A stretch of DNA of 64,000 bases from a virus. Below the pieces are notes generated by a model that saw only the letters and a program-made list of their open reading frames with translations, did not search any database and was not told the DNA's origin. Shown one piece after another: positions 9,465-19,741 of this stretch. The number at the start of each line of letters is the position of its first letter. Positions within the stretch are counted from its first letter, which is position 1. The DNA lies in IMG/VR virus record IMGVR_UViG_3300042013_000045, positions 108,838 to 172,837 of that record. One strand, given 5' to 3'. The translations under genes and the position numbers were made by a program.

Positions 9465-10041
9465 GTGCGTTTCCTAGGTTGAGTGCAGGATTGGTTTTGA
9501 GAGCTTCCAGAAGTTCACCCTTGGTGCCACTGACAGCCAAGCGTAATAACTCTTTCAAGCTCTTATCTAAGTTATTGCGTTCTGTAAGGAACGCTCCCAT
9601 CTCAGCTGAAGTAACTGGGCCGAGTGGGGTATGCATTAATTCGTGTACTTCGATGCCAGCTACTTTCAACTTCCGATAACTTACGGTGTTGACTTGTGAA
9701 TGATAGTACCGATCATTCATCATGATAGCGGAGTCTGGCAGTTCCTTGAAGCGCCCCAGTACCTGTCCAATGAAACCGTAACCTTTAATGAACACAGCTT
9801 TCCAGCTGTAATCACCTGGCTCGTATAACCCAAATAGGTCGAGCAGGACGTCGCTGTCATCAAACTTGACAGTCGGGTAACGCTCACGTACTGCCTTGAT
9901 AATGGCAGTGATGGTAGGTTCCAGGTCTGTAACCTGATTCTTTATATCCAAGTAAGAGTCCACGTAGAACGATAGCTCAAACCGTGAACTGTCCCCGGTG
10001 TAATCGAGGTCGCTTTTAGAACGCTTCAAGGTTGTTTCCAT
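9451..10041 (-). CDS. Hypothetical protein
   Basis: 196 aa; VFIKGYGFIG resembles N-domain of 8175..9464. Confidence 0.75.
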   Translation of the reverse strand: METTLKRSKSDLDYTGDSSRFELSFYVDSYLDIKNQVTDLEPTITAIIKAVRERYPTVKFDDSDVLLDLFGLYEPGDYSWKAVFIKGYGFIGQVLGRFKELPDSAIMMNDRYYHSQVNTVSYRKLKVAGIEVHELMHTPLGPVTSAEMGAFLTERNNLDKSLKELLRLAVSGTKGELLEALKTNPALNLGNAHEIP

Positions 10042-10071
10042 GTGCCCATCCAGGTTGATAATGCTCAGTAG

Positions 10072-10527
10072 TTAAGACCGACCATACAGTGCATCAATGA
10101 TCCGGTATTTGTTGGTGTCATCAAGAAGGTTGATCGAGAACTTGGCCAACTTCAATGGCATCAAGTCACCGTTCTTGTCCACAAGGAACCATCCGTCCAG
10201 TTCCGCTTGGGACTTGGAACTAGGGATCGTGTTGCGGATGAACCCTTCTAAAACCTTCGCTTCAGCGCGAGTGATCTTGCCGTTTCGATAGTGGGTGTAG
10301 TCCACCAGCTCGAGTTCGGTAATGTAACGTGGAGCGGTGTAGTCACTGCGGCACTTCTCAGTAGCCTTGGCGATACCCACTTCATCCCCTTTCATCACTG
10401 CTCGGCGTGTCACAAACCGTGCGAGCGACGACTTCTGATCACGGAGCGCAGTGCCCATGATCACATACATCTCTTGCCCCGGTTGCCCCATCACAACCGG
10501 AATAACATATTTCCCTTTAGACATCAT
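10072..10527 (-). CDS. Hypothetical early protein
   Basis: Start moved to MMSKG after AAGGA RBS; early motif at 10670. Confidence 0.7.
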   Translation of the reverse strand: MMSKGKYVIPVVMGQPGQEMYVIMGTALRDQKSSLARFVTRRAVMKGDEVGIAKATEKCRSDYTAPRYITELELVDYTHYRNGKITRAEAKVLEGFIRNTIPSSKSQAELDGWFLVDKNGDLMPLKLAKFSINLLDDTNKYRIIDALYGRS

Positions 10528-10664
10528 GAATCCTTCGTGCTTAGTGGTTAAGTTTGCCCCTCTTTGTGGGCTTGTCACAGTATAAGCACGACCTTAAGAT
10601 AACTGGGACTTTTATAAAAGTACTTGGTTAACGGTAAAGTCGAGTTGAGGCGACCACCTTCACG

Positions 10665-10692
10665 TTAGTAATGTAGGTCCTTAATAAATTTG
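10665..10692 (-). promoter_or_regulatory. Early promoter (TACATTAC)
   Basis: Minus strand AAATTTATTAAGGACCTACATTACTAAC. Confidence 0.6.
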
Positions 10693-10735
10693 AATGGAGG
10701 GCATAAAAGCAGGCCGAAGCCTGCCCCTATGTTTA

Positions 10736-11224
10736 TCACAGTACGCCTGGCAGACCCATGACAACGAACGCACCTTCCAGATCAAGGAAGTACGTCCCGA
10801 AGGTACCTTCCGTGTTCTTATAGATGCGTCCCTTAGGCAGAACAGAATCGGTCTTGCCGATGATTGACCAAGTCGACGTACCGGTGTTCCACCGATGGAC
10901 ATCTTGGTTACGGGTATCGATGATATCGGTCTTCACTGGCTGCGCAGAAGCTTTCATCGAAGTGATTTCAGCATCGGTGGCAGCCATGCGGAACCGCGTG
11001 ACAAGAGGTGCTGGTGCGAACGAGAGCCCTACGTTACTCTGAGCAATGAAAGGTATCTCCCCCACATTGCCTTTAGAACTCGCGCCAATCTCGTCCAGTG
11101 TTTTACCCCCAAGCTTGGCAGAGTCAGCCGCCTGCTCGGTCTTTCCAAGCTTGGTGCCGATCTTCAGTTTGATCGCCGTAGAGAACTCATGAAGCTTGGC
11201 GATGAATACGGTTAATGCTGTCAT
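10736..11224 (-). CDS. Virion/tail-fibre-associated protein, internally shortened paralogue of 11255..12394
   Basis: Highly similar N- and C-terminal parts; lacks the ~220-aa central domain. Confidence 0.75.
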   Translation of the reverse strand: MTALTVFIAKLHEFSTAIKLKIGTKLGKTEQAADSAKLGGKTLDEIGASSKGNVGEIPFIAQSNVGLSFAPAPLVTRFRMAATDAEITSMKASAQPVKTDIIDTRNQDVHRWNTGTSTWSIIGKTDSVLPKGRIYKNTEGTFGTYFLDLEGAFVVMGLPGVL

Positions 11225-11254
11225 GTTCCGTTCCCTGTTTATTTTGCGTCGGGG

Positions 11255-12394
11255 TTATGAACCGCCACCACCGCCGCCCAATGTAAGCCAGCTCCCATCC
11301 ATGTCCAAGAAATAGGACCAGTAGGGAGTCTCTGTGTTCTTGTAGATCCGTCCCCTAGGTAGGACTGCGCCACTCTTACCCACTACGCTCCACGTCTGGG
11401 TGGTGTTGTTCCACCGGTGCAGGTCTTGGTTGCGAGTGTCGATGATGTCAGTCTTCGGGGTTGGTATAATGAGGTTGTCGTAAGTGGTGTTCGGCTGAGA
11501 CAGCGAGTAGTAACCAAACGCTGCCTTGCCTTTGAACGGATCGGGAATCGCCCCCGTCCACTTGATCTCACCGGCAGGCCAATACGTCCCATCAGGTTTG
11601 CGGACTTCCACTTCCATGGTGTCGTTAGGCAAGCGCTTGGCTGTAATACGGATACCGCCAGCAACCGCTGCCCCACCATTGAAACCAGACCGGGGTAGGC
11701 CAAGTTCCTTTTGGAAGATCAGACTCAGACCACGACCAACCCCTTGGTTCAGGTTGACCACGATGTACATGCTCGGTAGGGCAGTGGTACTGTAACTGTC
11801 CCATGTGTATCCACCAGTGGTTACGCCACACACCAGCGTGGTCTCAGCCCCGCCTACGGTCTTAAAGGCCAGTACCATACCGATGGAGTCGTCATCCGCA
11901 CTGTTAGACTTCACGATCATGTCAAAGACATATTCGGAGAACTCATACGGACTGATCAGGCCACACATGGAGCCCGTGTTCATGGTCATGGTCACACGGT
12001 CAGTCGCACCGTCGTACGTCCACGATTCCATTTCAGAAGGAACTGCCGGATATACACCAGTGTTGTTGTGTGAGGTACGCTTCCATTTGTTGAACACGTC
12101 AGCCATGGACTGGGTACTGCCTTTCATGGCAGTCAGTTCAGCGTCGGTACTCGCCATGCGGATCTTGGTGAGCAGCTGGGCTGGGGCGAAGTTCAGGCCA
12201 GAGTTAGCCTGCGCAATGAAGGGGGTTTCGTTCGGGTTGCCAAGAGCGTTAGCGCCGATTTGAGCCAAGGTCTTACCAGCCAACTTGGCAGAATCCGCTG
12301 CCGTCTCTGTACGCCCCAACTTGCTATCCACTTTCAACTTGATCGCGGTCGAGAACTCGTGCAGCTTCCCTTGGAGGATGGTTAGTGCTGACAT
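11255..12394 (-). CDS. Tail-fibre-associated protein with central beta-sandwich/lectin-like domain
   Basis: MSALTILQGKLHEFSTAIKLK anchor, AADSAKLAGK motif, DDDSIG motif; TATG late start upstream (12425-12428). Confidence 0.7.
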   Translation of the reverse strand: MSALTILQGKLHEFSTAIKLKVDSKLGRTETAADSAKLAGKTLAQIGANALGNPNETPFIAQANSGLNFAPAQLLTKIRMASTDAELTAMKGSTQSMADVFNKWKRTSHNNTGVYPAVPSEMESWTYDGATDRVTMTMNTGSMCGLISPYEFSEYVFDMIVKSNSADDDSIGMVLAFKTVGGAETTLVCGVTTGGYTWDSYSTTALPSMYIVVNLNQGVGRGLSLIFQKELGLPRSGFNGGAAVAGGIRITAKRLPNDTMEVEVRKPDGTYWPAGEIKWTGAIPDPFKGKAAFGYYSLSQPNTTYDNLIIPTPKTDIIDTRNQDLHRWNNTTQTWSVVGKSGAVLPRGRIYKNTETPYWSYFLDMDGSWLTLGGGGGGS

Positions 12395-12489
12395 GGTTAT
12401 AATCCTGTACTGAAATTGACGCGACATAGTATCTCAGCAAAAAAGAATGCATACACAGCGGAGCCGCAATGGCTCCGCTGTGTGATGAC

Positions 12490-12819
12490 TTATGCTTTTA
12501 CGTTGCGACCAATGGCTCGACGGCAGTTGTACCCCACAGCTGATGCGTAGTCTTCTTCGGCTAACTCATCATTCTCGTAGTACTCCTTAGCAGCAGCGTC
12601 GATAAACGGGATGATCTCCTTGAAGGCCTGAGGGTTAGTCGCGGTCTTCTGCTCCTTCTCCAGATACTTCTTGAATTCATCCAGCTTTACCTTGGCGGCT
12701 TTCTGCGCTACCAGTTGCGACAACTCTTCATGGAAGATGTCGCAGTGTTGCGCGCTCATGGTAAATGCCTGGGATGCGGCAGAGAACATAAAGGCTACGC
12801 AGAACAGTACGTGTTTCAT
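12490..12819 (-). CDS. Secreted/periplasmic hypothetical protein
   Basis: Signal peptide MKHVLFCVAFMFSAASQA; two Cys in mature part. Confidence 0.7.
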   Translation of the reverse strand: MKHVLFCVAFMFSAASQAFTMSAQHCDIFHEELSQLVAQKAAKVKLDEFKKYLEKEQKTATNPQAFKEIIPFIDAAAKEYYENDELAEEDYASAVGYNCRRAIGRNVKA

Positions 12820-12821
12820 GG

Positions 12822-13361
12822 TTACACCTTGCTTGGTTCTTTAGGTTGAGTTTGCTCGTAGGTTTCGTACCAGTGTGTGGGATTCTCATCCACTTCGCAC
12901 TTGGTCATTCTGAAACGTCCCCAGTAAGGCTTTTGATCGGGCAGATCAACTAGGGCCATTCCTGACAGATCATCGACTTTGTCCTTGACGACTGTCCGGT
13001 GTACAAAGTGGCAGTATGGAATCGCTTGGTTAATGAGATCGCCACCACCGATTACGAATTGCTCCTCGTAACCGTATTGATCACAGAGCCTGAAAGCATC
13101 TTCAAGACTGTTAACCACTGCCAAGTTCTCTTCCAGATCCAACGAGAGTGGAAGAGACGTTGAGACGATGACATGTAACCGCCCCGGTAATTTCCCCGGA
13201 AGGCTCATGTAAGTGTATCGCCCCATGATCATGGCGTTATCATGGGTCAGGTCTTTGAAGCGTGGAAGGTCACCCTTGAGTCTCCAAAGGAGCGGATGGT
13301 TTCCCTTACGCCCAATGTGCCCAGATTGGGATTGAGCAAAGATGGCATGACGTGTCGACAT
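12822..13361 (-). CDS. folA: Dihydrofolate reductase
   Basis: IG...LLWRLKGDLPRFKDLT, MIMGRYTYMSLP..LPGR, FVIGGG. Confidence 0.95.
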   Translation of the reverse strand: MSTRHAIFAQSQSGHIGRKGNHPLLWRLKGDLPRFKDLTHDNAMIMGRYTYMSLPGKLPGRLHVIVSTSLPLSLDLEENLAVVNSLEDAFRLCDQYGYEEQFVIGGGDLINQAIPYCHFVHRTVVKDKVDDLSGMALVDLPDQKPYWGRFRMTKCEVDENPTHWYETYEQTQPKEPSKV

Positions 13362-13426
13362 GTATCAGTTCCCCCTTCTAGATAAAAGAAAAGGAGGGTT
13401 TTCACCCTCCTCCATTGCAGTGCCGT

Positions 13427-14563
13427 TTATTTAACGACGTGGTTCGGGTCAACTACCCCCATATCACCATTTTGCACAGTGGTGGTGTATCCCAGATCCG
13501 CTGTAGGGTCTGGCGTGATGAGCAGGCGCTTGGTCTGTTCAGCGTACTCAGCAAACGCTGGGTCCATGCTGGTGGTTTCATTACCGAAGACATAGCCATC
13601 AGCTTCGTCAGGAACGTTCGCCTTGACGGTACCTTCGTAGCCACCACTAGTTGCCACGGGCGACACGAAACCATGCGCCTCCCACTGCTCAGTAGCGAAC
13701 TGGCGCAGGTTCTCAGTGCCACGAGAACCATTATCCAGAGCGTTCTCGGTGAACTGAGGCGCTTTGGCATTCAGTGCGTCCATTAGCGCGGGGTCCATGG
13801 TGACAGCTTCCCCGATGATGTCTTTCATGCCGTGAAGGGTATTCAACGGCAGCTTGTTATTGACCAGTTCGGCAAACTCCGTGGTGGCTTTGGTGAGTTG
13901 TTCCTTGGCCATCAGTTGTTCCATCGCCGGCGACCCCGGTCGGATCATCGCAGTGATCTTGTAGCGCTCGTTGCCACCATCGGTGACCACTACATCTTTA
14001 GCGATACCCGCCTCTTCAGCATCACGCTCGGCGTTCGCCTGACGGATCAACATGGCAGTCTTCTCCAGTTGCGACATCTTGAAGACTGTGATGCTGAGGG
14101 AGATGCGACCCACTGGCTGGTACTGATCGTCCAGCAGATAAGCCGCGATACCGAAGACGTACTCGGCGCGGTTGGTGTTCTTGGCGTCGACGGCCTTGTT
14201 CAAAGCGAACACAGGGGCCACGACTTCCATACGGCGCAGGCCTTCAACGATCGCGACGATAACGTCGGTCACGCCTTTGGACACTTCCAGCACCGCCATC
14301 TGCTCAGCGATAGCGGTGACGTCTTTATCAATGATGCAGTTCGGACGACCGCTGACCAGCATATGTTCCAACGATGCACGTTCGCCTTCTTCAAGGAGTT
14401 CGTACTTGATGGCCCCGCGGTCATTGCCACTGAACTGCAAACGGAAAGTCAGGTTCTGGTCTTTGCCAGACGCGCTGAAGCTGAAGTAACCGGACTTGCG
14501 TTCGGTCATGGCTTCGATTGGTTTCAGGATGTTGAAGATGTTAGCGTAGGTTGGGTTCGACAT
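13427..14563 (-). CDS. Hypothetical early protein
   Basis: 378 aa, AAGGA RBS, TACATT motif at 14605-14610. Confidence 0.8.
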   Translation of the reverse strand: MSNPTYANIFNILKPIEAMTERKSGYFSFSASGKDQNLTFRLQFSGNDRGAIKYELLEEGERASLEHMLVSGRPNCIIDKDVTAIAEQMAVLEVSKGVTDVIVAIVEGLRRMEVVAPVFALNKAVDAKNTNRAEYVFGIAAYLLDDQYQPVGRISLSITVFKMSQLEKTAMLIRQANAERDAEEAGIAKDVVVTDGGNERYKITAMIRPGSPAMEQLMAKEQLTKATTEFAELVNNKLPLNTLHGMKDIIGEAVTMDPALMDALNAKAPQFTENALDNGSRGTENLRQFATEQWEAHGFVSPVATSGGYEGTVKANVPDEADGYVFGNETTSMDPAFAEYAEQTKRLLITPDPTADLGYTTTVQNGDMGVVDPNHVVK

Positions 14564-14652
14564 GATGCAGTTCCTTGAACAGTGGGTTAATTACTCAACC
14601 TAACAATGTAGGGTTCAAAACAATTCGAATTGAACCCTACACTGCCGTGGGA

Positions 14653-15102
14653 TTACTCGGTGAAGTTACCGTTCAACGCTTTGACGTTATCGCGGGTGAC
14701 CACTGGCACCAAGTTGACCTGGTTCTCGGACGGCTTGAGCAGACTGAGTTCAGTGTGGACGACGTTGTCTTCTTCGTCCAAGCACATGATCATCAAGCAG
14801 TCTTTGTTACAAGGTTGGTCAATCACGTGCATGTCGGAACCCTGGTAGGAACCGATGCGCGTACCTTGTTGTACCGCAGGGCGATATTCACCGCTGAGGG
14901 TGATCACGCACTGGTCGTCGCCATTGATGAAGTTGGCCATCTCCACGTTCACAGCGAAGGCGTACTTGGACGCTTCGCTTTTACGTGCACACAGAGTGAT
15001 CAGGTCACGAAACAGACCCGGAGCCAGACGCACTTCACCCCAACCCAAAGCACGAGACAGGTCAGGTGCCTTTGTTACTACTTGTTCAACTGTCAACTTC
15101 AT
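14653..15102 (-). CDS. Hypothetical protein
   Basis: 149 aa, coupled to ligase. Confidence 0.7.
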   Translation of the reverse strand: MKLTVEQVVTKAPDLSRALGWGEVRLAPGLFRDLITLCARKSEASKYAFAVNVEMANFINGDDQCVITLSGEYRPAVQQGTRIGSYQGSDMHVIDQPCNKDCLMIMCLDEEDNVVHTELSLLKPSENQVNLVPVVTRDNVKALNGNFTE

Positions 15103-17132
15103 TCCGAGATCCCCTGTGGATTCACAAACATAATACCGTCTTGCACGAAGCCCAGCTTGATAGCCTTCTTGACCTTCTCAGGCCCAGCTCCAGTACCGGC
15201 GTAAAGAATGTCCAAGTTAGGACTGATGGTAGAGGTTAAGCGACCACCGCGTGCCTTGACATTGGCTTCCATCTGACTGCGGCTCAGGCCGTCAAACGAT
15301 CCCCCTGTCACAACAACCCGCTTACCTTCCAAGTCACGGACGATAGATGGGTCAGGCGGTGCATCCTCTACATAAGTGAAGAGCTTGTCGTAAGATAAAT
15401 ACTCACGACGGTTAGCCGCACACGCATCAATAACAGCTTGAGCCGTGTCTGGGCCAATGTCCGGGATACTTTTCAGCTCTTCAAAGGTAGCGTTACAGAT
15501 TTCCTCAAACGTTTTATAGTTCAAAGCCAACCGTTCGGCTGTACCTTCTCCCACACCCGGCATCCCTACGGCAAAGATCACCTTACGCAACGGTTGAGTC
15601 TTTGCCGCCTGAATGTTCTTCAGTACTTTCTTGATGGTGATGTCCGAGGTTGGGTACACCAGCTTCAGGTCCTCGTAGCCTAAGTAGAACAGCGACGAGA
15701 ACGAACCCACCAACCCATGCTTCACCAGTTCAGTGATGCCTGCTTCACCCAAGTCCTTGATGTTCATGCCATCACGGCTCACGAAATGCACCAGACGTGC
15801 TACGGCTTGGTCTGGACACCCACTGTTGTTTGGGCAGTAGAGTGAATGGGTCTGACGCACCAGCTCACAACCACACGACGGACAGTGTGTCGGATACTCA
15901 AGCGGTGTGCAGTCCGGGGTACGCAGGTCTAGGATCACCGATTCGATCTTGGGAATCACATCCCCGCGACGACTGACGATGATGTGGTCACCGACCATGA
16001 GGTCCAACCGCTCGATCTCAGCGATGTTGTGCAACGTAGGACTGCTCACCGTCACGCCACAGATGTGGACAGGACGAATGATGGCCACTGGGGTCACCAC
16101 ACCGCTCTTGCCCACTTGGAACTTGGCTCCGTGGAAGATCGACACCCCTTCTTCAGCTGGGAACTTGTACGCTGTAGCCCACCGAGGTGAGTTGCTGCGA
16201 GAACCCATGGCCATGCGAAGTGCTAACTGACTGACCTTGAAGACCATGCCGTCAATTTCATACTCCCAGTCAGGGCGTATTGCCAGTGACCGTTCCAACA
16301 TCTGCTCGTAGATCTCTCGACGGACTTCTTTGGGCAGGTCTTTTCGGCTCACCAATACAGGCACTGGCGTAGTGGTCTTGAACCCCCACTGGTAAAGCAG
16401 ATCGTGAGGGCTTGTGCCGAGGTAGTACTTGTCTGGAAAGTCCAAGACGTAGTCATACGCCACGAAACTCAACCGACGATGGATCACCTCGTCAGGGTCT
16501 TTCAGACGTAGCGACCCTGCCGCGTAGTTGCGTGGGTTGGCATACGTCTTCTTACCCGCTTCACGATTGGCGTCGTTGATCTCTTTGAAGACCTTCTTGT
16601 CAACCTTGACCTCGCCGCGGACTTCAATGAGACTGTCCGGGTGAACGCTGTTACCCAAGCTGGTCTGTACGCCCCAGACATTGATTGCGTTCTGGGTTAC
16701 GTCCTCGCCTTCAAATCCGTCCCCACGAGTGGTGGCCGTTTTCAGGAAGCCGTTGAGGTAGACCAGGTTCAGACTGAGTCCATCGACCTTCGGTTCCATC
16801 ACTACGTCAGCTTCTGGAGGGAGGGTCTCATCCCATTCCATTAGTTCGTCGATGTTGAAGACGTTGTCCAGGCTGCGCATCGGGGTAATGTGACGGATCA
16901 CCTCAAACCCATTCGACCCTGTGGTGTAACCCACTGTCTTGGTAGGGGAAGTAGGGTCATCAATACCTAGGATGCGTTCGTATTCGATGAGCTCTTTCTT
17001 GAGCTCATCGTAGACAGGGTCAGTGACTTCACTAACACTGTCTTCATGATAACGTTTATTAAGGTGCACGATCGTGTCCCGTAGGACCTGCATGTGATCG
17101 TGTAACTGTTGTGTGCTCTCTGACGTTTCCAT
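15099..17132 (-). CDS. ligA: NAD-dependent DNA ligase
   Basis: EPKVDG adenylation motif, TRGDG, EVRGE, ANPRN, DGMVFK, AYKFPA, C4 zinc finger, HhH repeats, C-terminal BRCT. Confidence 0.97.
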   Translation of the reverse strand: METSESTQQLHDHMQVLRDTIVHLNKRYHEDSVSEVTDPVYDELKKELIEYERILGIDDPTSPTKTVGYTTGSNGFEVIRHITPMRSLDNVFNIDELMEWDETLPPEADVVMEPKVDGLSLNLVYLNGFLKTATTRGDGFEGEDVTQNAINVWGVQTSLGNSVHPDSLIEVRGEVKVDKKVFKEINDANREAGKKTYANPRNYAAGSLRLKDPDEVIHRRLSFVAYDYVLDFPDKYYLGTSPHDLLYQWGFKTTTPVPVLVSRKDLPKEVRREIYEQMLERSLAIRPDWEYEIDGMVFKVSQLALRMAMGSRSNSPRWATAYKFPAEEGVSIFHGAKFQVGKSGVVTPVAIIRPVHICGVTVSSPTLHNIAEIERLDLMVGDHIIVSRRGDVIPKIESVILDLRTPDCTPLEYPTHCPSCGCELVRQTHSLYCPNNSGCPDQAVARLVHFVSRDGMNIKDLGEAGITELVKHGLVGSFSSLFYLGYEDLKLVYPTSDITIKKVLKNIQAAKTQPLRKVIFAVGMPGVGEGTAERLALNYKTFEEICNATFEELKSIPDIGPDTAQAVIDACAANRREYLSYDKLFTYVEDAPPDPSIVRDLEGKRVVVTGGSFDGLSRSQMEANVKARGGRLTSTISPNLDILYAGTGAGPEKVKKAIKLGFVQDGIMFVNPQGISE

Positions 17133-17246
17133 GAGAGTTCCTTAGAATGGTTATTGCCGCATCAAACAATGGTAGTGGTTTTTTCTAAATGACTAACTCC
17201 TCCGCTATTCACAAGGATAATGTAGCGCCAGATAAAAGTTAAAGGC

Positions 17247-17278
17247 GGCATATCCGGGAGGCCGTAGCCTCCCGGAGT
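17247..17278 (-). terminator. Hairpin terminator + TATGCCG
   Basis: tccgggaggc-cgta-gcctcccgga preceded by cggcata. Confidence 0.75.
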
Positions 17279-17281
17279 CGG

Positions 17282-17767
17282 TCACTTGACCACTTTGAGG
17301 AATGGCTGACGTTCAGGTTTCGGTGGCTCTGGTGGAGTAGGGTCGGTGTAGTTCGCTGTGTTCTGCCCCATCGAGTAGTCCATCATCACCATGAAGTCCA
17401 CCCCGTTACGAATCATGGCAGTGGGTGCGACGGAGAGGCGATGGATCACCCCGTCACGGCAGTTGGTCATTCCCATCATCTGGTCGAACGGCACGTAGAA
17501 CTCGTGCGCAGTGCCACTGAAGCGTGCGCTGAAGAAGATGCCGTCTTCACAGAACTCCAGAGCACGGATCGCTTCGTCAGCCAGGTTCAAGGCCACCAAC
17601 TTAAAGCCGTCGTAATCGCGGATGTGCGGTTTCAGGACGTCGTACTTCTCAAAGAAGGCCGGGTAGGTGAAAACGTGTACCTTCCCGGTCACTGCCAAGC
17701 AGTAATGACGCAGCGCGGTGAACATGTGTTGCAGGTAAAGGCGACGATCTTCTTCAGGCGACATCAC
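17282..17767 (-). CDS. sspB: SspB-like ClpXP adaptor with ClpX-binding tail
   Basis: LNLADEAIRALE...FSARFSG...YVP core; C-terminal RQPFLKVVK matches the XB motif (LRVVK). Confidence 0.85.
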   Translation of the reverse strand: MMSPEEDRRLYLQHMFTALRHYCLAVTGKVHVFTYPAFFEKYDVLKPHIRDYDGFKLVALNLADEAIRALEFCEDGIFFSARFSGTAHEFYVPFDQMMGMTNCRDGVIHRLSVAPTAMIRNGVDFMVMMDYSMGQNTANYTDPTPPEPPKPERQPFLKVVK

Positions 17768-17993
17768 GGTGGCTCCCGAGGTGATGAATGCTGCGGTCTA
17801 GCGCTTGAAAGCGCCGAATGGTTTGCTCTTGTAGGAGTTTGAAACTGTCACGACGCTTGCCGGTGTTCAGGAAGTCTTCCAAAGACCGATTATGTTCCCA
17901 CGCAGTGATGGAATAGATGGCATCGATCAACGTAGGGGCTTCAAGCGCCTTTTGAATTGCTTCTTCGACGGCGTTTTCGCTTGTGGAGGTCAT
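17754..17993 (-). CDS. Hypothetical protein
   Basis: 79 aa in operon. Confidence 0.6.
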   Translation of the reverse strand: MTSTSENAVEEAIQKALEAPTLIDAIYSITAWEHNRSLEDFLNTGKRRDSFKLLQEQTIRRFQALDRSIHHLGSHRDVA

Positions 17994-18324
17994 AGATTTC
18001 CGGATTTAGGCAAAGGTAGTCGGTGGAACTGACCAGCAACGCCTCGTAAAGCTTCTTACGTGTCGTCTTTGGCTTGCAAGGGTGCTCTGTGACACGGAAT
18101 TCGAGGTCTTTGCTAGCAAGCTCGTTAAGCAGCTTACAAGGGTGCTTACCTTCGACCAGTAGCTTGAGTTGTTTGTCTGCTTCTTCGCTGACAGAGAGGC
18201 TCTCAGTGACGTAGAAGCGCCCTGTACCCTCGTGTTCGAGTACAAGGCAACCTTCTTTCACCAAAGCTGGCCGTTTGCAGCGTCCCGTTAGGGGGTACAA
18301 CCATCTGGACGGCCCTACACTCAT
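17941..18324 (-). CDS. Degenerate GIY-YIG-like domain protein
   Basis: GCLVL...RFYVTES...L..GKHPCKLL resembles GIY...YIGS...H..L...KH.N..LQ. Confidence 0.5.
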   Translation of the reverse strand: MSVGPSRWLYPLTGRCKRPALVKEGCLVLEHEGTGRFYVTESLSVSEEADKQLKLLVEGKHPCKLLNELASKDLEFRVTEHPCKPKTTRKKLYEALLVSSTDYLCLNPEIYDLHKRKRRRRSNSKGA

Positions 18325-18836
18325 GTCGCTGCGACCTCAACCGGTGGGACGTAGTGAGGATTCAACTCAACTACGCCGCAAACTGTGATGAACTTCTTGT
18401 CGGACTGCCGATCTTGGGGAATATCGAGTTCCCAACCGTCGGCCATGTGTTCTTCAACCTGTTTCATGGTTTGAACACGACAGACCCATACCGCATCCTT
18501 CTCACGTTTCCAGATGACGATGTTGAAATGCTCAGCAAAGACTTTGTGGGTGACATTGAAATGTTGACGGATGAGTCGCGGACCTTTGTAACCTTTGTAC
18601 GGACCGATCTCGGCGTACAGGTAGATCTGATGGGCGCGGTGGTTGATGTTGTACTCGCTGTACAGCAAGTGACGGATACCGCCGACGCGAACAGGGATAC
18701 CGCTTTCCGCTGTTCTGACGTCAAGATGGTTGCGAGGTTCCACCTTGTAGCGCTTCCCGTTGATCTCGCACCCGTAGAACACCTTGTCGTCCCCGTAGGA
18801 AGGCACGGGGATCATCTCGATCAGTGACAGTGCCAT
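18321..18836 (-). CDS. Hypothetical protein
   Basis: 171 aa, AAGGAG RBS. Confidence 0.75.
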   Translation of the reverse strand: MALSLIEMIPVPSYGDDKVFYGCEINGKRYKVEPRNHLDVRTAESGIPVRVGGIRHLLYSEYNINHRAHQIYLYAEIGPYKGYKGPRLIRQHFNVTHKVFAEHFNIVIWKREKDAVWVCRVQTMKQVEEHMADGWELDIPQDRQSDKKFITVCGVVELNPHYVPPVEVAAT

Positions 18837-18857
18837 GACAGGCTCCTTAAAATATCG

Positions 18858-19379
18858 TCATACCAAAGACAGACCAAGTTCCGTAGAACCGAAAATGCTG
18901 TAGATCTTCGCATTCACGGGGTCAATGAATTCTTGGGTGTCCATGATGACATCTTTCATCAGCAACAGCTTCATCATGGAAGCAGTTTCACCGATGGCGA
19001 AGTTGATCTCACCGTCCTTGATCGGGATCTCCAGATGCGCCACGTCGTTACCGATGTATTCGCGGTCATTGGTAATCGCCCGATAAGCGTACATGTCCAT
19101 ACTGGCCGTTCGAGCGAACCAGATCTCGGTCTCGACTTTGAACGGAGATTGATGCTCCGTCAGAGTAGCCTTGAACATGCAGGAGAACAGGTCAGGTTTG
19201 TTAAGGCGAGTGACCCCCGTGTTGACCCGGATCACCTCAACATACTCTTCGATGGTCTCGAAGTAATGTCCGCCCAAGGCGAACTCGTTATTGAAGACGT
19301 AGTGACCGAGGAACGTGTAGACTTGTTCGAACAAGTCCAACTTTTCGATGTTATGGTCGCCTTGCATGCGAAACTCCAA
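18858..19379 (-). CDS. Hypothetical protein
   Basis: 173 aa; true start may be the ATG at 19367. Confidence 0.7.
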   Translation of the reverse strand: MEFRMQGDHNIEKLDLFEQVYTFLGHYVFNNEFALGGHYFETIEEYVEVIRVNTGVTRLNKPDLFSCMFKATLTEHQSPFKVETEIWFARTASMDMYAYRAITNDREYIGNDVAHLEIPIKDGEINFAIGETASMMKLLLMKDVIMDTQEFIDPVNAKIYSIFGSTELGLSLV

Positions 19380-19426
19380 AAGAAAGAATAAGAGCCAGAG
19401 GGGAAATCCCCCTCTGGTCTATGCGG

Positions 19427-19732
19427 TTAGTCCTTGATCAGTACCGACGTAAGTGCTGGTTCAAGGATGGAGCGCATGATGGTGAACATCGCTGCTTTCG
19501 ACGCTGGGTCTTCAGGATCGCCCAAGGCTTCGCCAGCCAAAGCCGGGCGGTAACCTCGATCACGGAGCGAGTCCATGAATGCATCGCGGACCACTTTAGC
19601 TTCTTCAATGGTCGGCCAAGAAGAAGCTTGAGAGAAGTCACCACCCAGCACGAAGTGACCTTCACCCTGCATGACAAACTTCAGGTCGTCACCTGGAACC
19701 ATCACGCTGATCAGATAAGATGTAGTGCTCAT
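19427..19732 (-). CDS. Hypothetical protein
   Basis: 101 aa. Confidence 0.7.
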   Translation of the reverse strand: MSTTSYLISVMVPGDDLKFVMQGEGHFVLGGDFSQASSWPTIEEAKVVRDAFMDSLRDRGYRPALAGEALGDPEDPASKAAMFTIMRSILEPALTSVLIKD

Positions 19733-19741
19733 GGAAACCCC

